From a virus (taxonomy: Duplodnaviria; Caudoviricetes), in IMG/VR virus record IMGVR_UViG_3300010366_000012, positions 11,012 to 75,011 of that record: a DNA stretch of 64,000 nt. One strand, given 5' to 3'. Below the pieces are notes generated by a model. That model saw only the letters and a list, made by a program, of their open reading frames with translations. It was not told the origin of the DNA and did no database searches. Every line of letters starts with the position of its first letter. Positions within the stretch are counted from its first letter, which is position 1. Below, piece after piece: positions 18,203-28,108 of the stretch. Both the position numbers and the translations under genes were made by a program.

Positions 18203-21200
18203 TTGACATTCGATGCCGGGACGATCATCGCCCGGATGGATCTTGATGACGACGAGTTCGACCGCAAGATGCGCGCCGACGTCGAGCGCATCGAGGCGTT
18301 CGAGCGTAAAGAGCACGAGATCAGGCTCACCCCCCGGATAGACCAGCACGCCGAGCAGGAAGTCCGCCGCAGCTTCGAGCGGATGGACCGGCAGGCCACG
18401 GCGGACGCGCACCGCCGCGGCGGGGTGTTCAGCATGCTGGGCGGCCTGTTCGGCGGCGGTGGCGGTGGCCGCGGTGGCGGTCCCGGCATCCTGGGCGGGC
18501 TGGCGGGGGCGGCCGGGCCGGGGCTGAACACGGGGCTGGCTTCCCGGCTGGTCAGCACCCGGACCGCGCTGATTGCGGGCGGCGGCGGCATTGGCCTGGG
18601 CGCGCTCCCCGCGCTGGCCGCACCGCTGCTGGCGGGTGGCGTGGGCGCGGCGGGGGTTGGCGTGGCCGCGCTGGGCGCGCACCTGCTGATCGGGTCCAAG
18701 CAGAAGCCCGGAGAGCTATATCAGCCTGCCCAGCAGGCCATGAAGCAGATCCAGAAGGCGTTCCAGCAGGACGCCGAGCCGCTGGTCGCGCCGCTGAAGC
18801 GGGCCTTCCGCGAGATCCCGCAGCTGCTGCACTCGCTGGCCCCCGCCTTCCACCAGCTCTTCGCCGGGGCGGCCACGCTGATCCAGCCCGTCCTGCACGG
18901 GCTGCATGACCTGGCCATCCAGGTGCTCCCGCTGCTGGGCAAGGCGTTCCGGGCGGTCGCTCCGCTGCTCCAGCCGCTGCTGGGCTGGCTGGGCCAGGCG
19001 CTTGGCGGGATCTTGCGCGGGGCCATCCCGCTGCTGCACGCGGCAGCGCCCGCGGTGGCTGCGTTTGGTAAGGTTCTTGCTACTCTCGGTAGTGGGATCG
19101 GCGGGCTGCTCCGCAACATGGCCCCCGCGATCAAGGCCAGCTCGATCATCTTCAAGGGGCTGGGCGATCTTCTCGGGGCCATCTTCCCGATCGTCGGCAA
19201 GCTGGCCTCGGCCTTCGCCCGCAATCTCGCGCCCGTGTTCACCCAGCTCGTCGGCGTGGTCCGCCAGCTCCTGCCGTTCCTGCGGCCCATCGGTGACCTG
19301 TTCGCCAAGCTCGCGGGTGCCGTGCTCCGTGATCTTGTCGCGCTGCTCCGGCCGCTGGCCCAGCTGCTGGTCCGCATCGCGCCGTCCTTCGACACCCTGG
19401 CCAAGGCCCTCGGGCAGGCGTTCGACGTACTCGAAAACAGTGGCGTATTCGGCGTGCTAGCTGGTGCGCTGGAGCGGATGGTCGGCCCGCTGTCCAAGCT
19501 CGTCAACGATCTTGTCGATAAGCTCGCGCCCTACCTGCCGCAGATCATCCAGGGCTTCGCTGACTTCCTCAACATCATGGTCACGCTGGCCGCGGCCGGG
19601 CTCACCGGAGTGGTCAACGCCCTCGACTGGATGGTCAACAACATCCCCGGGCTGATCCCGATCATCCTGGCCACTGTCGGGGCCTGGAAGGCATACCAGG
19701 TGGTCAGCGGCATCATCACCGGGGTCAAGAACGCGGTCAAGCTGCTGACCGCCGAGGAAACGATCAACAAGATCAAGTCGGTGGCCGACATCACCGTCAA
19801 GATCGCCAAGGTCATCTGGAGCACCGCGGTGATGGTGGCGCAGTACGCCATCCAGGCTGCTGCGGCCACGGCGGCCTTCATCGCGGAGAACGCGGCCACC
19901 CTCGGCATCATCGCCGGGATCGCCCTGCTGATCGGGGCGATCATCTTCCTGGCCACGCACTGGAAGCAGGTCTGGCACGTCATCGTCACGGTGGCCAAGG
20001 ACGTCTGGGACTTCCTGACCCACGGCTGGGGCCAGTTCCTGATCCCGGGGCTCTACCTGATCCGCAAGGTGGTCGAGTTCGTCCGCGATCACTGGAAACA
20101 GGCGTGGGACGACATCACGGGCGTGGCGAAGGCGTTCTGGCACTACATCTGGGATGACTTCGGGGCCAAGATCCTCAACTTCTTCACCAGCACCCTGCCC
20201 AACGCCTTCCGCGATGCGGTCAAGTTCATCGGCCAGCACTGGGACGACATCAAGAAGATCATCACCGCGCCGGTCAAGTTCCTGGTGGACAACGTGCTCG
20301 ACGGGCTGATCCGGGTGTTCGACTGGATCACCTCCAAGGTCGGCCTGGGCAAGCCGATCAGGGAGGTTCACCCGTTCGGGCTGCGCACGGGCGGGCACAT
20401 CCCCGGCTACGGCGGCGGGGACCGGCACCTGGCGCTGCTGGAGGGCGGCGAGGCGGTCGTCAGCAAGGAGACGACCCGGGCGCACGCATCCGAGCTGGCG
20501 GCCTGGGGCGTGCCCGGCTTCCAGCAGGGCGGGCCGGTCGGCGGCACGTCGCGGCTCAGGTCGCTGGAGCGGGCCAGCCACCGCTCCGGGGGCTGGCTCG
20601 GGGACGCGGCCAACGTGGCCACCGGCTTCATCGGCAGTGTGATCCACAAGGCCGGGGACGTCGCCAAGATCACCGCCGCGATCTTCAGCGGCAACATGAC
20701 CGCGCTGACCAATGCCATCACCGACATGCTCGGGGCCAAGGTCAGCGGGGCAGTCGGCGTGATGGGCCAGATCGTCACCGCCCTCCCCAAGACCTTGATC
20801 CACAACATCGCCCGGTACTTCATCGGCCAGGGCGCGGGCAGCAACAGCGCGATCGTCAAGTTCGCGGAGTCCTTCATCGGCAAGGTGCCCTACGTCTGGG
20901 GCGGCACGACCCCGCAGGGCTGGGACTGCTCCGGGTTCGTGAAGTACGTCTACAACCACTTCGGCTACCAGCCGCCGCGCACCGCCGCCCAGCAGTTCGG
21001 CTGGGTCCAGCGGACCGGGCGGCCGACCCCGGGCGGGCTGGCGTTCTTCGCGGGCGCGGACGGCACCGCAGCCGTCCCCGGGCACGTCGGCATCCCGATC
21101 AGCGCGACCCACATGGTCAACGCCTACACGACCGGGACCAACACGATCATCAGCCCGATCCGCGGCTCGGCCGGGGCGATCTCCGGGTACGGCGTCCCGC

Positions 21201-21775
21201 CAGGCGGCTTCCGCCGCGCCCTCGGGGCGGGCTCGGGCAACTGGACCCTCGGCGGGCTGGAGCGGCTGTGGATGTCGGCGGGCGGGCCAGCACGGGCCGC
21301 GCACATAGCCGCCGCGATAGCCCTGGCCGAGAGCGGCGGGAACCCACGGGCGCGCAACCCCTCAGGTGCATCGGGCCTGTGGCAGATCCTGGGCCAGGTG
21401 TTCCCCGGCAACATCTTCAATCCCTTCATCAACGCCCGTAACGCGGTGCGCAAGTATTACCAGGCGTGGGGCTTCAGCCCGTGGGTGACCTGGACGTCCG
21501 GGGCTTACCGCCAGTACATGGACAACGGGGGCTGGCTGCAGCCGGGCGTCACGCTCAATAACACGCGCCAGCCTGAGGCGGTCCTCAATCCCGAGCAGAG
21601 CGCGGCGTTCCTGCGGCTCGCGGAGACGGCGGGCCGCGGCGGGCTGGAAGCCAAGCTGGAGCGCCTCATCAAGGCGGTCGAGCAGAACGCCGCGCAGACC
21701 GCGGACGGGCTGGCTGCCGTGCTCAACGGCTCGGCCCGCAAGGCCATCTACTCCGCTGCCTACCAGGTGAGGTGA
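18203..21775 (+). CDS. tape measure protein with C-terminal NlpC/P60 peptidase and lytic transglycosylase domains
   Basis: amphipathic repeats; PYVWGG...DCSGFV...GHVGI; AIALAESGGNP...ASGLWQI. Confidence 0.9.
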   Translation: MTFDAGTIIARMDLDDDEFDRKMRADVERIEAFERKEHEIRLTPRIDQHAEQEVRRSFERMDRQATADAHRRGGVFSMLGGLFGGGGGGRGGGPGILGGLAGAAGPGLNTGLASRLVSTRTALIAGGGGIGLGALPALAAPLLAGGVGAAGVGVAALGAHLLIGSKQKPGELYQPAQQAMKQIQKAFQQDAEPLVAPLKRAFREIPQLLHSLAPAFHQLFAGAATLIQPVLHGLHDLAIQVLPLLGKAFRAVAPLLQPLLGWLGQALGGILRGAIPLLHAAAPAVAAFGKVLATLGSGIGGLLRNMAPAIKASSIIFKGLGDLLGAIFPIVGKLASAFARNLAPVFTQLVGVVRQLLPFLRPIGDLFAKLAGAVLRDLVALLRPLAQLLVRIAPSFDTLAKALGQAFDVLENSGVFGVLAGALERMVGPLSKLVNDLVDKLAPYLPQIIQGFADFLNIMVTLAAAGLTGVVNALDWMVNNIPGLIPIILATVGAWKAYQVVSGIITGVKNAVKLLTAEETINKIKSVADITVKIAKVIWSTAVMVAQYAIQAAAATAAFIAENAATLGIIAGIALLIGAIIFLATHWKQVWHVIVTVAKDVWDFLTHGWGQFLIPGLYLIRKVVEFVRDHWKQAWDDITGVAKAFWHYIWDDFGAKILNFFTSTLPNAFRDAVKFIGQHWDDIKKIITAPVKFLVDNVLDGLIRVFDWITSKVGLGKPIREVHPFGLRTGGHIPGYGGGDRHLALLEGGEAVVSKETTRAHASELAAWGVPGFQQGGPVGGTSRLRSLERASHRSGGWLGDAANVATGFIGSVIHKAGDVAKITAAIFSGNMTALTNAITDMLGAKVSGAVGVMGQIVTALPKTLIHNIARYFIGQGAGSNSAIVKFAESFIGKVPYVWGGTTPQGWDCSGFVKYVYNHFGYQPPRTAAQQFGWVQRTGRPTPGGLAFFAGADGTAAVPGHVGIPISATHMVNAYTTGTNTIISPIRGSAGAISGYGVPPGGFRRALGAGSGNWTLGGLERLWMSAGGPARAAHIAAAIALAESGGNPRARNPSGASGLWQILGQVFPGNIFNPFINARNAVRKYYQAWGFSPWVTWTSGAYRQYMDNGGWLQPGVTLNNTRQPEAVLNPEQSAAFLRLAETAGRGGLEAKLERLIKAVEQNAAQTADGLAAVLNGSARKAIYSAAYQVR

Positions 21776-21778
21776 GCG

Positions 21779-24700
21779 GTGTCTGACTCCCTGGTGCTCG
21801 GCATGATCGAGGTGCTGTCCGGTGGCGTGCCGTGCGGGCTGCCGCAGTGCCCCAACGCGATCTTCCGGCTCGGCACCGGCTTCTCCCTGTCCGCGCCGCA
21901 GTGGACGTCCGACAAGGTGGCCGGGCTGCTGCTGGACGGGGAGCAGATCACCAACCTGCGGGCATCCAACCGGCAGCCAGTCATCCCGGTCACGATCCTG
22001 GTGCCCTCAACCGGCGACATCATGGCCGACCGGACCACCCTGGCCACGGCCCGCGAGATCTTGCTGATGACCTGCTCGCAGGAGAACTGGCAGCTCACCT
22101 GGACTCGTGACGGCGGTGACCCGCTGGTGTTCGACTGCCAGGGCGTCAGCTCGACGGTGGTCGCCTACAGCCAGCCGCTGGACTGGGGCCTGGTGTCCCT
22201 GGTCGAGATCAGCTGTGAGGCGTTCCCGTTCGGGCACAGCGAGGACCAGGAGGCCATCGCGCTCACCAGCCCGAGCACGATGTGGGACTTGCCCCCGGCC
22301 CCGGTCACCCTGGACGACTACAACACCGCCTCGAACTACCTGCAGGGCAACTGGGTCTACTCGACCTGGGACACCACGACATTCGACAACGGGATCTCCA
22401 CCTGGCTCGATGTCAGCGGCCACGCCACTATTGCCCGCACCACCGCTCAGGCTCACTCTGGCACGGGGTCGCTGGCGGTCACCTGCTCGGTGGCCGGGAG
22501 CATGAGCGTGGCGCACAACGCGGGCGCGAATGCCACGGGCGGGCAGTTCCTGCCGGTCAACCCGGGCGACACGGTGACTGTGCGCGGGTGGTGGCGCGCG
22601 GCGGCAACGCCTCGCTCGGTCAACATCGGGGCTGACTTTTACAACAACAACGGGGTGCAGGTCGGGGGCACGCTGCGCGGGTCGAACGTCACCGACTCAA
22701 CGTCAGCGTGGACGCAGGTCACTGCCAGCCTGACCGCGCCAGCGAACGCGGCCTACTGCCGGGCTAACGCTGAGTGCCAGTCTCCCGTGCTCAACGAAGT
22801 CCACTACCTGGATGACGTGTGGCTGGACGGCGGCGCGATCGAGTCGGCGGTCGGCAGCCAGCAGTGGACGCAGAGCACCGTCGTCGCCTCCGGCACCCGC
22901 AGCGCCCGGTGGTCCCGGGCCTGGCACAGCGCGCCCACCTACGACTCCCCGACGATTGCCTCGTCCAACATCACTGGCCGGACCAAGTTCACCGTGTTCG
23001 TCGGGCTGGCCACGACGGTCAGCCAGTGGAGCACCTGGCACCGGGGCACCGTGCATTTCTCGGTCACCCTGTATGACGCCAGCGGCAACTCGATCACCGG
23101 CCGGGCCAGGCGGCACTGCTACGCCAGCGCCCTGTCCACCGCGCCGCACTGGCAGCTGGTCACGATCCCGATCCCGCAGGTGGCCTCCGGCTTTGACTAC
23201 ACGACAGTCAGCCGCTACGCGCTGACCGCGTGGAACAAGGTGGACCCGGGCGGCGGGCTGGTGCTCCAGTCCGGGGCGTTTTTCAACCTGCCGCAGGCGG
23301 TGGCCACCTCGACCGCCAACAACCTGACCCGCGGCGCGCTGCACACCCTGCCGGGCATCATCGGCTCGGCCCGGGGGCCGCTGGGCATCCAGTGCCAGCC
23401 CGGCCCGTCCTCGATCGCCTCAACCGCCGTGTTCACCACGGTGGGCAACAACAACTGGCTGTGCCCGGCCGGGGTCACCCTGGTGTCCAAGGCCGAGGCG
23501 TGGGGAGGTGGCGGGGGCGGCGCGGGCTCGGGCGGGCTCAACAACAACAGCAACGCCGGGGGCGGCGGGGGCGGCGGGGGCGAGTACGCCCAGGAGATCA
23601 ACATGCCCGTCACGGCGGGCAACACCTATGTGGCGGTGGTCGGCGCGGCCGGGACGCATGGCGCGATCAACAACCAGGGCAACAACGCGGGCGACTCCAC
23701 CTTCACCGCCGCGTCGGGGCCAGTGCTGCGCGCTCATGGCGGCAACGGCGGGGCCACCGTCCCGTCCAATGTCCGGGGCGGCGGCGGCTCCGGGTCCACC
23801 AACTACATCCACTACTCAGGCGGTGATGGCCGCCCGGACAACAACTACGGGGAAACCTTCGGCGGCGGCGGCGGCGGCTCTGGCGGGCCGACTGGCGCGG
23901 GCAACGACGGCGGACACCCGGGCGGGGCCAGCGCGGTCTACCTTGGCGGGCCGGGCGGCGATGGCGGCTGGTCGGACCCGGCCAAGTACAACACCGGCCG
24001 AGCCCCGAGCGTCGGGCCGGGCGGCGGCGGCGGCGGCGGCGCGTACCGCAACGACAACACCAACTCCGGTGGCGGGGACGGCGCATCTGGCCAGGTCAAG
24101 CTGACCTACGGCGCGTCGGGGATCATCCCGCTGGTGTCGCTGCTCGCGCACATGCCCGACCCCGAGCAGCCCGCGGCGCTGTCCCCGATCGTCGCGGTCG
24201 GCAACGGCGCAGACACGCCCAACGGCGCGACCGAGTACACGGTGCCCGTGGTCGGCGGGCTGGCAGCCAGGTTCGACGGCAGCTACACGGTGTTCCTGAT
24301 CGGCTCGGGCACCTGGGGCTCGCCCACGGTCAGCCGCACCGTGACCGTGCAGATCCGCCAGTACCCCTACAGCGGTGGCACGGCGATCACCACCACGCTG
24401 AGCAGGACGTTCACGCCCTCGACCGACATCGTGAACGGCTACGTGGACATGGGCCAGATCACGCTCCCGCTGGCCGAGATCGCCACCGGCAACATCACGG
24501 CGGCTTACTTCACCCTGACGGTGACCAGCGGCCAGACGGCCGACCGCTACCTCGATGTCGTGTTCCTCGACACCCAAGGCCAGACGGTGCTGATCAACAC
24601 CACGGGCACTGGCTGGAACAACATCTGGATTGACGCGCAGGACCGCGAGCACGACCTGGGCGGGGTCTACGGCTCGGACGCCGACCGGGACCGGGCCTAC

Positions 24701-24847
24701 TCGCTGACCAGCTGGGTTGACCGCTGGCCGGGTGGCGCGTTCATGGTCCGCCCGGACACCCACAACCGGCTGCTGCTGTACGCCCAGCAGGGCTGCCCGG
24801 CCGCCACGCTGACCTACCTGCCGCACTACCTGGTGGACCGGGTATGA
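21779..24847 (+). CDS. minor tail protein with carbohydrate-binding-like and glycine-rich domains
   Basis: after tape measure; AEAWGGGGGG/GGGGGEYA glycine-rich repeats. Confidence 0.75.
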   Translation: MSDSLVLGMIEVLSGGVPCGLPQCPNAIFRLGTGFSLSAPQWTSDKVAGLLLDGEQITNLRASNRQPVIPVTILVPSTGDIMADRTTLATAREILLMTCSQENWQLTWTRDGGDPLVFDCQGVSSTVVAYSQPLDWGLVSLVEISCEAFPFGHSEDQEAIALTSPSTMWDLPPAPVTLDDYNTASNYLQGNWVYSTWDTTTFDNGISTWLDVSGHATIARTTAQAHSGTGSLAVTCSVAGSMSVAHNAGANATGGQFLPVNPGDTVTVRGWWRAAATPRSVNIGADFYNNNGVQVGGTLRGSNVTDSTSAWTQVTASLTAPANAAYCRANAECQSPVLNEVHYLDDVWLDGGAIESAVGSQQWTQSTVVASGTRSARWSRAWHSAPTYDSPTIASSNITGRTKFTVFVGLATTVSQWSTWHRGTVHFSVTLYDASGNSITGRARRHCYASALSTAPHWQLVTIPIPQVASGFDYTTVSRYALTAWNKVDPGGGLVLQSGAFFNLPQAVATSTANNLTRGALHTLPGIIGSARGPLGIQCQPGPSSIASTAVFTTVGNNNWLCPAGVTLVSKAEAWGGGGGGAGSGGLNNNSNAGGGGGGGGEYAQEINMPVTAGNTYVAVVGAAGTHGAINNQGNNAGDSTFTAASGPVLRAHGGNGGATVPSNVRGGGGSGSTNYIHYSGGDGRPDNNYGETFGGGGGGSGGPTGAGNDGGHPGGASAVYLGGPGGDGGWSDPAKYNTGRAPSVGPGGGGGGGAYRNDNTNSGGGDGASGQVKLTYGASGIIPLVSLLAHMPDPEQPAALSPIVAVGNGADTPNGATEYTVPVVGGLAARFDGSYTVFLIGSGTWGSPTVSRTVTVQIRQYPYSGGTAITTTLSRTFTPSTDIVNGYVDMGQITLPLAEIATGNITAAYFTLTVTSGQTADRYLDVVFLDTQGQTVLINTTGTGWNNIWIDAQDREHDLGGVYGSDADRDRAYSLTSWVDRWPGGAFMVRPDTHNRLLLYAQQGCPAATLTYLPHYLVDRV

Positions 24848-25323
24848 CCAGCGAGAAGGCGTATGACGTCAGCCAGCGGATGGACGCGCACATAGCCGCG
24901 CACCTGGCCACCGTGCCGGGCACCTCACCGGGGCTGGGCACCTCGATGACCACCTGCATGTCTGTCGTGCTGCCCACCACCGATGTCTACGTGGTGCAGG
25001 GCGCGCTGCTGATCAACGCCCAGTCCTCCGGCGGCACGCTGTCCTACCGGGCCAACCCGGCCGGGGGGCTGGCCGCCGCTGCCTCGCGGATCGCCTGGGC
25101 CGAGCTGAATGGCACCAGCGTCGGCGTGGTGGCCATGAACGGGATCGGCAACACGATCACCGGCTCGACCATCGGCGGCGGCCTGGCCGACCGGCTGGTG
25201 TGGTTCACCGGCACGGTGCAGCCCGCCACGCCCGGCACCCTCAACATCCAGGCGGCGCTGTCGTCGGGGTCGGCAACCGCCTACTCCGTCGGCAGCCACG
25301 TGGACGCCTGGAAGATCACCTGA
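24844..25323 (+). CDS. minor tail protein
   Basis: ATGA overlap; synteny. Confidence 0.6.
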   Translation: MTSEKAYDVSQRMDAHIAAHLATVPGTSPGLGTSMTTCMSVVLPTTDVYVVQGALLINAQSSGGTLSYRANPAGGLAAAASRIAWAELNGTSVGVVAMNGIGNTITGSTIGGGLADRLVWFTGTVQPATPGTLNIQAALSSGSATAYSVGSHVDAWKIT

Positions 25324-25330
25324 ACGGAGC

Positions 25331-25633
25331 ATGATCATGACCGCAGGGCAGCAGCCCACCATAGAGCAGGTCAACGGGCAGCTAACCGCCGCCGCGCTCC
25401 AGTTGCACCTGCTGATGAACCGGATCACCGACCTGCACCTCCAGTTCAGCGTGAAGCTCGGCGCGGCCGGGCTGCAAGCTCTCGGCACGAGCGCTGCTGA
25501 TGCTGCCGACATCGTGGCGCACTGGGACACCCTCGGCACGGTGGCCGACATCTACTTCGGCCGGGCACCGCAGCCCTCCGCCTACCCGTTTGATGACGCG
25601 CTCGCTGACGTGCGCGGGGGGCAGGCCGACTGA
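25331..25633 (+). CDS. hypothetical protein
   Basis: operon packing. Confidence 0.6.
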   Translation: MIMTAGQQPTIEQVNGQLTAAALQLHLLMNRITDLHLQFSVKLGAAGLQALGTSAADAADIVAHWDTLGTVADIYFGRAPQPSAYPFDDALADVRGGQAD

Positions 25634-26787
25634 TGCGCCCTGGCCTGACCACGCTGGTGACCTACCGGGCTGACGGATCGCAGGCCCGGTCGCTGGCGCA
25701 GCTCGGCCACCTGACGCCTGCGGTCTACAGCTACGTCATCCCCGGAGGCTGTGACGCGCTGACATCCAGCTTCAGCAAGCCGCCCCGCTACCGCACCGAC
25801 GCCCTGGACCCGGGACGGCTGCTGCGCGCCTACCGCGGCGGCGCGGTGGTGTGGTCGGGGATCTTGGACGAGCCCTCGCCCAGTGACGCCGGGTGGTCGA
25901 TCAGCGCGCACGGCGCAGGCAGCTACGGCAACGACTGGCGGGCCATCTGGACCGGCAGCTTCGGGACGTCCACCGTCGATCAGGTCGTGAACAACGCGAT
26001 CAGCCGGGGCCTGAAATGGGTGAACCCGGGCATCGGCAGCCCGGCCGGGATGTGGGTCGGGCAGTCGTTTGACAGCGGCAGCCAGACGGTCACCGACGTG
26101 CTCAACAACGCCTGCAGCAAGGGCGGGCTGACCTGGACGGTCAACACCGACGACAGCGGGAACAACGTGCTGAACGTGGTGCCCCGGCCCTCGGCCGCCA
26201 ACCGGCTGCTGATCGTCGGCACGCCGCTGGCCCGCAGCGCCGCGCTCGGCCCGACCACGCTGTACGTCCGCTACCAGTCAACCGGCGACTCTGGCAAGAC
26301 GCCCGCTGCCTACGCGCTGACCAGCGTGACCACAAGCGCCCGCGAGCAGGCTGGCTACCGGGTCGAGGACTACATGGACCTGTCCAGCGCCGGGCAGCAG
26401 ACCGCGACCCAGGCGCAGGCCCCGGCCTCGGCGGTGCTGCAGAAGTTCCAGCGGGTGGCGTTCACCGATGCGGTCACCGTGGGCCACGGCGGGCTGCGCA
26501 ACCTCGGCGGCACCGCCTGTGACCCGGGCAGCTACCTGGACGGCAACATGACCGCGATGGTCTGCAAGCTCCTGCTGGCCGACTACACGCCCGTGGGCGA
26601 CACGATCACCGGAGCGCCGAGCATCCTGGTCGGCTCCTACTCCTGGGACGACGGCGCGGTGCAGGCCACGATCACCCCGTCCGATTCGATCCGGCACGAC
26701 TTCTCCAGCCTCATGCAGATGATCGCGGACACCCGCCCGCACCGCACCCGCCCGACGCACCGGCATCACAAGGCCATTCACCACTAG
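25633..26787 (+). CDS. minor tail (baseplate hub-like) protein
   Basis: PGGCDALT, G..VWSGILDEP motifs; synteny. Confidence 0.7.
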   Translation: MRPGLTTLVTYRADGSQARSLAQLGHLTPAVYSYVIPGGCDALTSSFSKPPRYRTDALDPGRLLRAYRGGAVVWSGILDEPSPSDAGWSISAHGAGSYGNDWRAIWTGSFGTSTVDQVVNNAISRGLKWVNPGIGSPAGMWVGQSFDSGSQTVTDVLNNACSKGGLTWTVNTDDSGNNVLNVVPRPSAANRLLIVGTPLARSAALGPTTLYVRYQSTGDSGKTPAAYALTSVTTSAREQAGYRVEDYMDLSSAGQQTATQAQAPASAVLQKFQRVAFTDAVTVGHGGLRNLGGTACDPGSYLDGNMTAMVCKLLLADYTPVGDTITGAPSILVGSYSWDDGAVQATITPSDSIRHDFSSLMQMIADTRPHRTRPTHRHHKAIHH

Positions 26788-26801
26788 AGAGGGAAAGATC
26801 C

Positions 26802-27476
26802 ATGAACCCACGCATCAACGGCGCGGCCGACCGGCTGACCGTGGGGGCGCTCGCCCCGCACGGCGATGCCGGTGGCGTCCGCACTGCCTTCCGCGTGCAG
26901 CGGTGGGACGCCGAGCAGACCGCCTGGGTCGGCCGCCAGGTCAAGGAGGGTGGCACCCGCTACGGGCACGTCCGCCAGCTCACCCCGGGCGTGTTCGCCC
27001 ACTTCGGTGTCGCGGCTTACGCCGACACCACCGACCCCGACTGCAACATGATCTTGCAGGCGGGCTGGGTGGCGCTGCTCGGCGGCATCGCGGGCACCTC
27101 GATCACCACGAAGTGGTCGGGCACGGTCGGCCGGATCGGGGTCGGTGACAGCGCGACCGCCGCGGCCTACGCGCAGACCGACCTGCAGGCCAGCACGAAC
27201 AAGTATTACCAGCTGGTCAGCGGGGCACCGACGATCGCCACTGGCAGCAGCCCGGCCACGCTGACGTTCACCAGCGTGTTCGGCACTGGCAACGCCAACT
27301 ACGCCTGGCAGGAGTTCGTCTGCGACGAGGGCACTGCATCCAACACCGGCCCGGTGGTGGCGGTCTGCCTCAACCGCGGGGTCAGCGCGCAGGGCACCAA
27401 GGCGTCCGGCCAGACCTGGACCGCCACGGCCACGATTTCGTTCGGCTACCCGAGCGGGTCCGGCACGGTGAGCTGA
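26802..27476 (+). CDS. virion structural protein
   Basis: IGVGDS..A....QTDLQ, F.T..AN.AW.E motifs common in tail genes. Confidence 0.65.
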   Translation: MNPRINGAADRLTVGALAPHGDAGGVRTAFRVQRWDAEQTAWVGRQVKEGGTRYGHVRQLTPGVFAHFGVAAYADTTDPDCNMILQAGWVALLGGIAGTSITTKWSGTVGRIGVGDSATAAAYAQTDLQASTNKYYQLVSGAPTIATGSSPATLTFTSVFGTGNANYAWQEFVCDEGTASNTGPVVAVCLNRGVSAQGTKASGQTWTATATISFGYPSGSGTVS

Positions 27477-27479
27477 GCC

Positions 27480-28073
27480 ATGCCTGTCGGCATCGGGCAG
27501 CTTCTCAACTGGGGCTCGCCGTGGCAGACCGCTGCGGGCACCGTGCTGAACACGGCCACCACGGCGACGATCAGCCCGCAGGCACCCGGCCCGCAGGACT
27601 TCCCGGTGGCCACCGCCTACCTGTACTACGGGTCCACCCTGCGGATCACCGCCTCGGGCATCCTCACCACCACGGCCACGTCCACCACGGCCACGATCTT
27701 CGCCACGGCCGGGTCCGGGCCGACGACGCTGTGTACCCCGGTCGGGCTCACGACCGGCACGACGGTGATCACCGGCATCCAGTGGCTGTGGGAGAGCTAC
27801 CACACGATCATCCAGGCGGGGGCCAGCACCGGGAACACGATCAGCAGCTTCGGCAAGCTGAGCCTGTTCAACTCCGGCGCGGGCCTGCCCGCCAACCCGA
27901 TCGCCCTCACCGCTACGCCGGGCATGGCGCTGGCCGCGCCCAACTCAGCGGGTGACACCGTGGCGGCGGTCAGCACTGCTGTGGCGATGCCGATCATGCT
28001 GCGCGGCACCCTCGCCGGGGCCAACGCCACCATCCAGTGCAACCGGTTCCTGGTGGAGCACCTGTACGCATAA
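27480..28073 (+). CDS. minor tail protein
   Basis: Thr/Gly-rich beta protein; synteny. Confidence 0.6.
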   Translation: MPVGIGQLLNWGSPWQTAAGTVLNTATTATISPQAPGPQDFPVATAYLYYGSTLRITASGILTTTATSTTATIFATAGSGPTTLCTPVGLTTGTTVITGIQWLWESYHTIIQAGASTGNTISSFGKLSLFNSGAGLPANPIALTATPGMALAAPNSAGDTVAAVSTAVAMPIMLRGTLAGANATIQCNRFLVEHLYA

Positions 28074-28108
28074 CGGGAGGCGGCCGGGCCTAGCGGAGGG
28101 AGGCTGAC

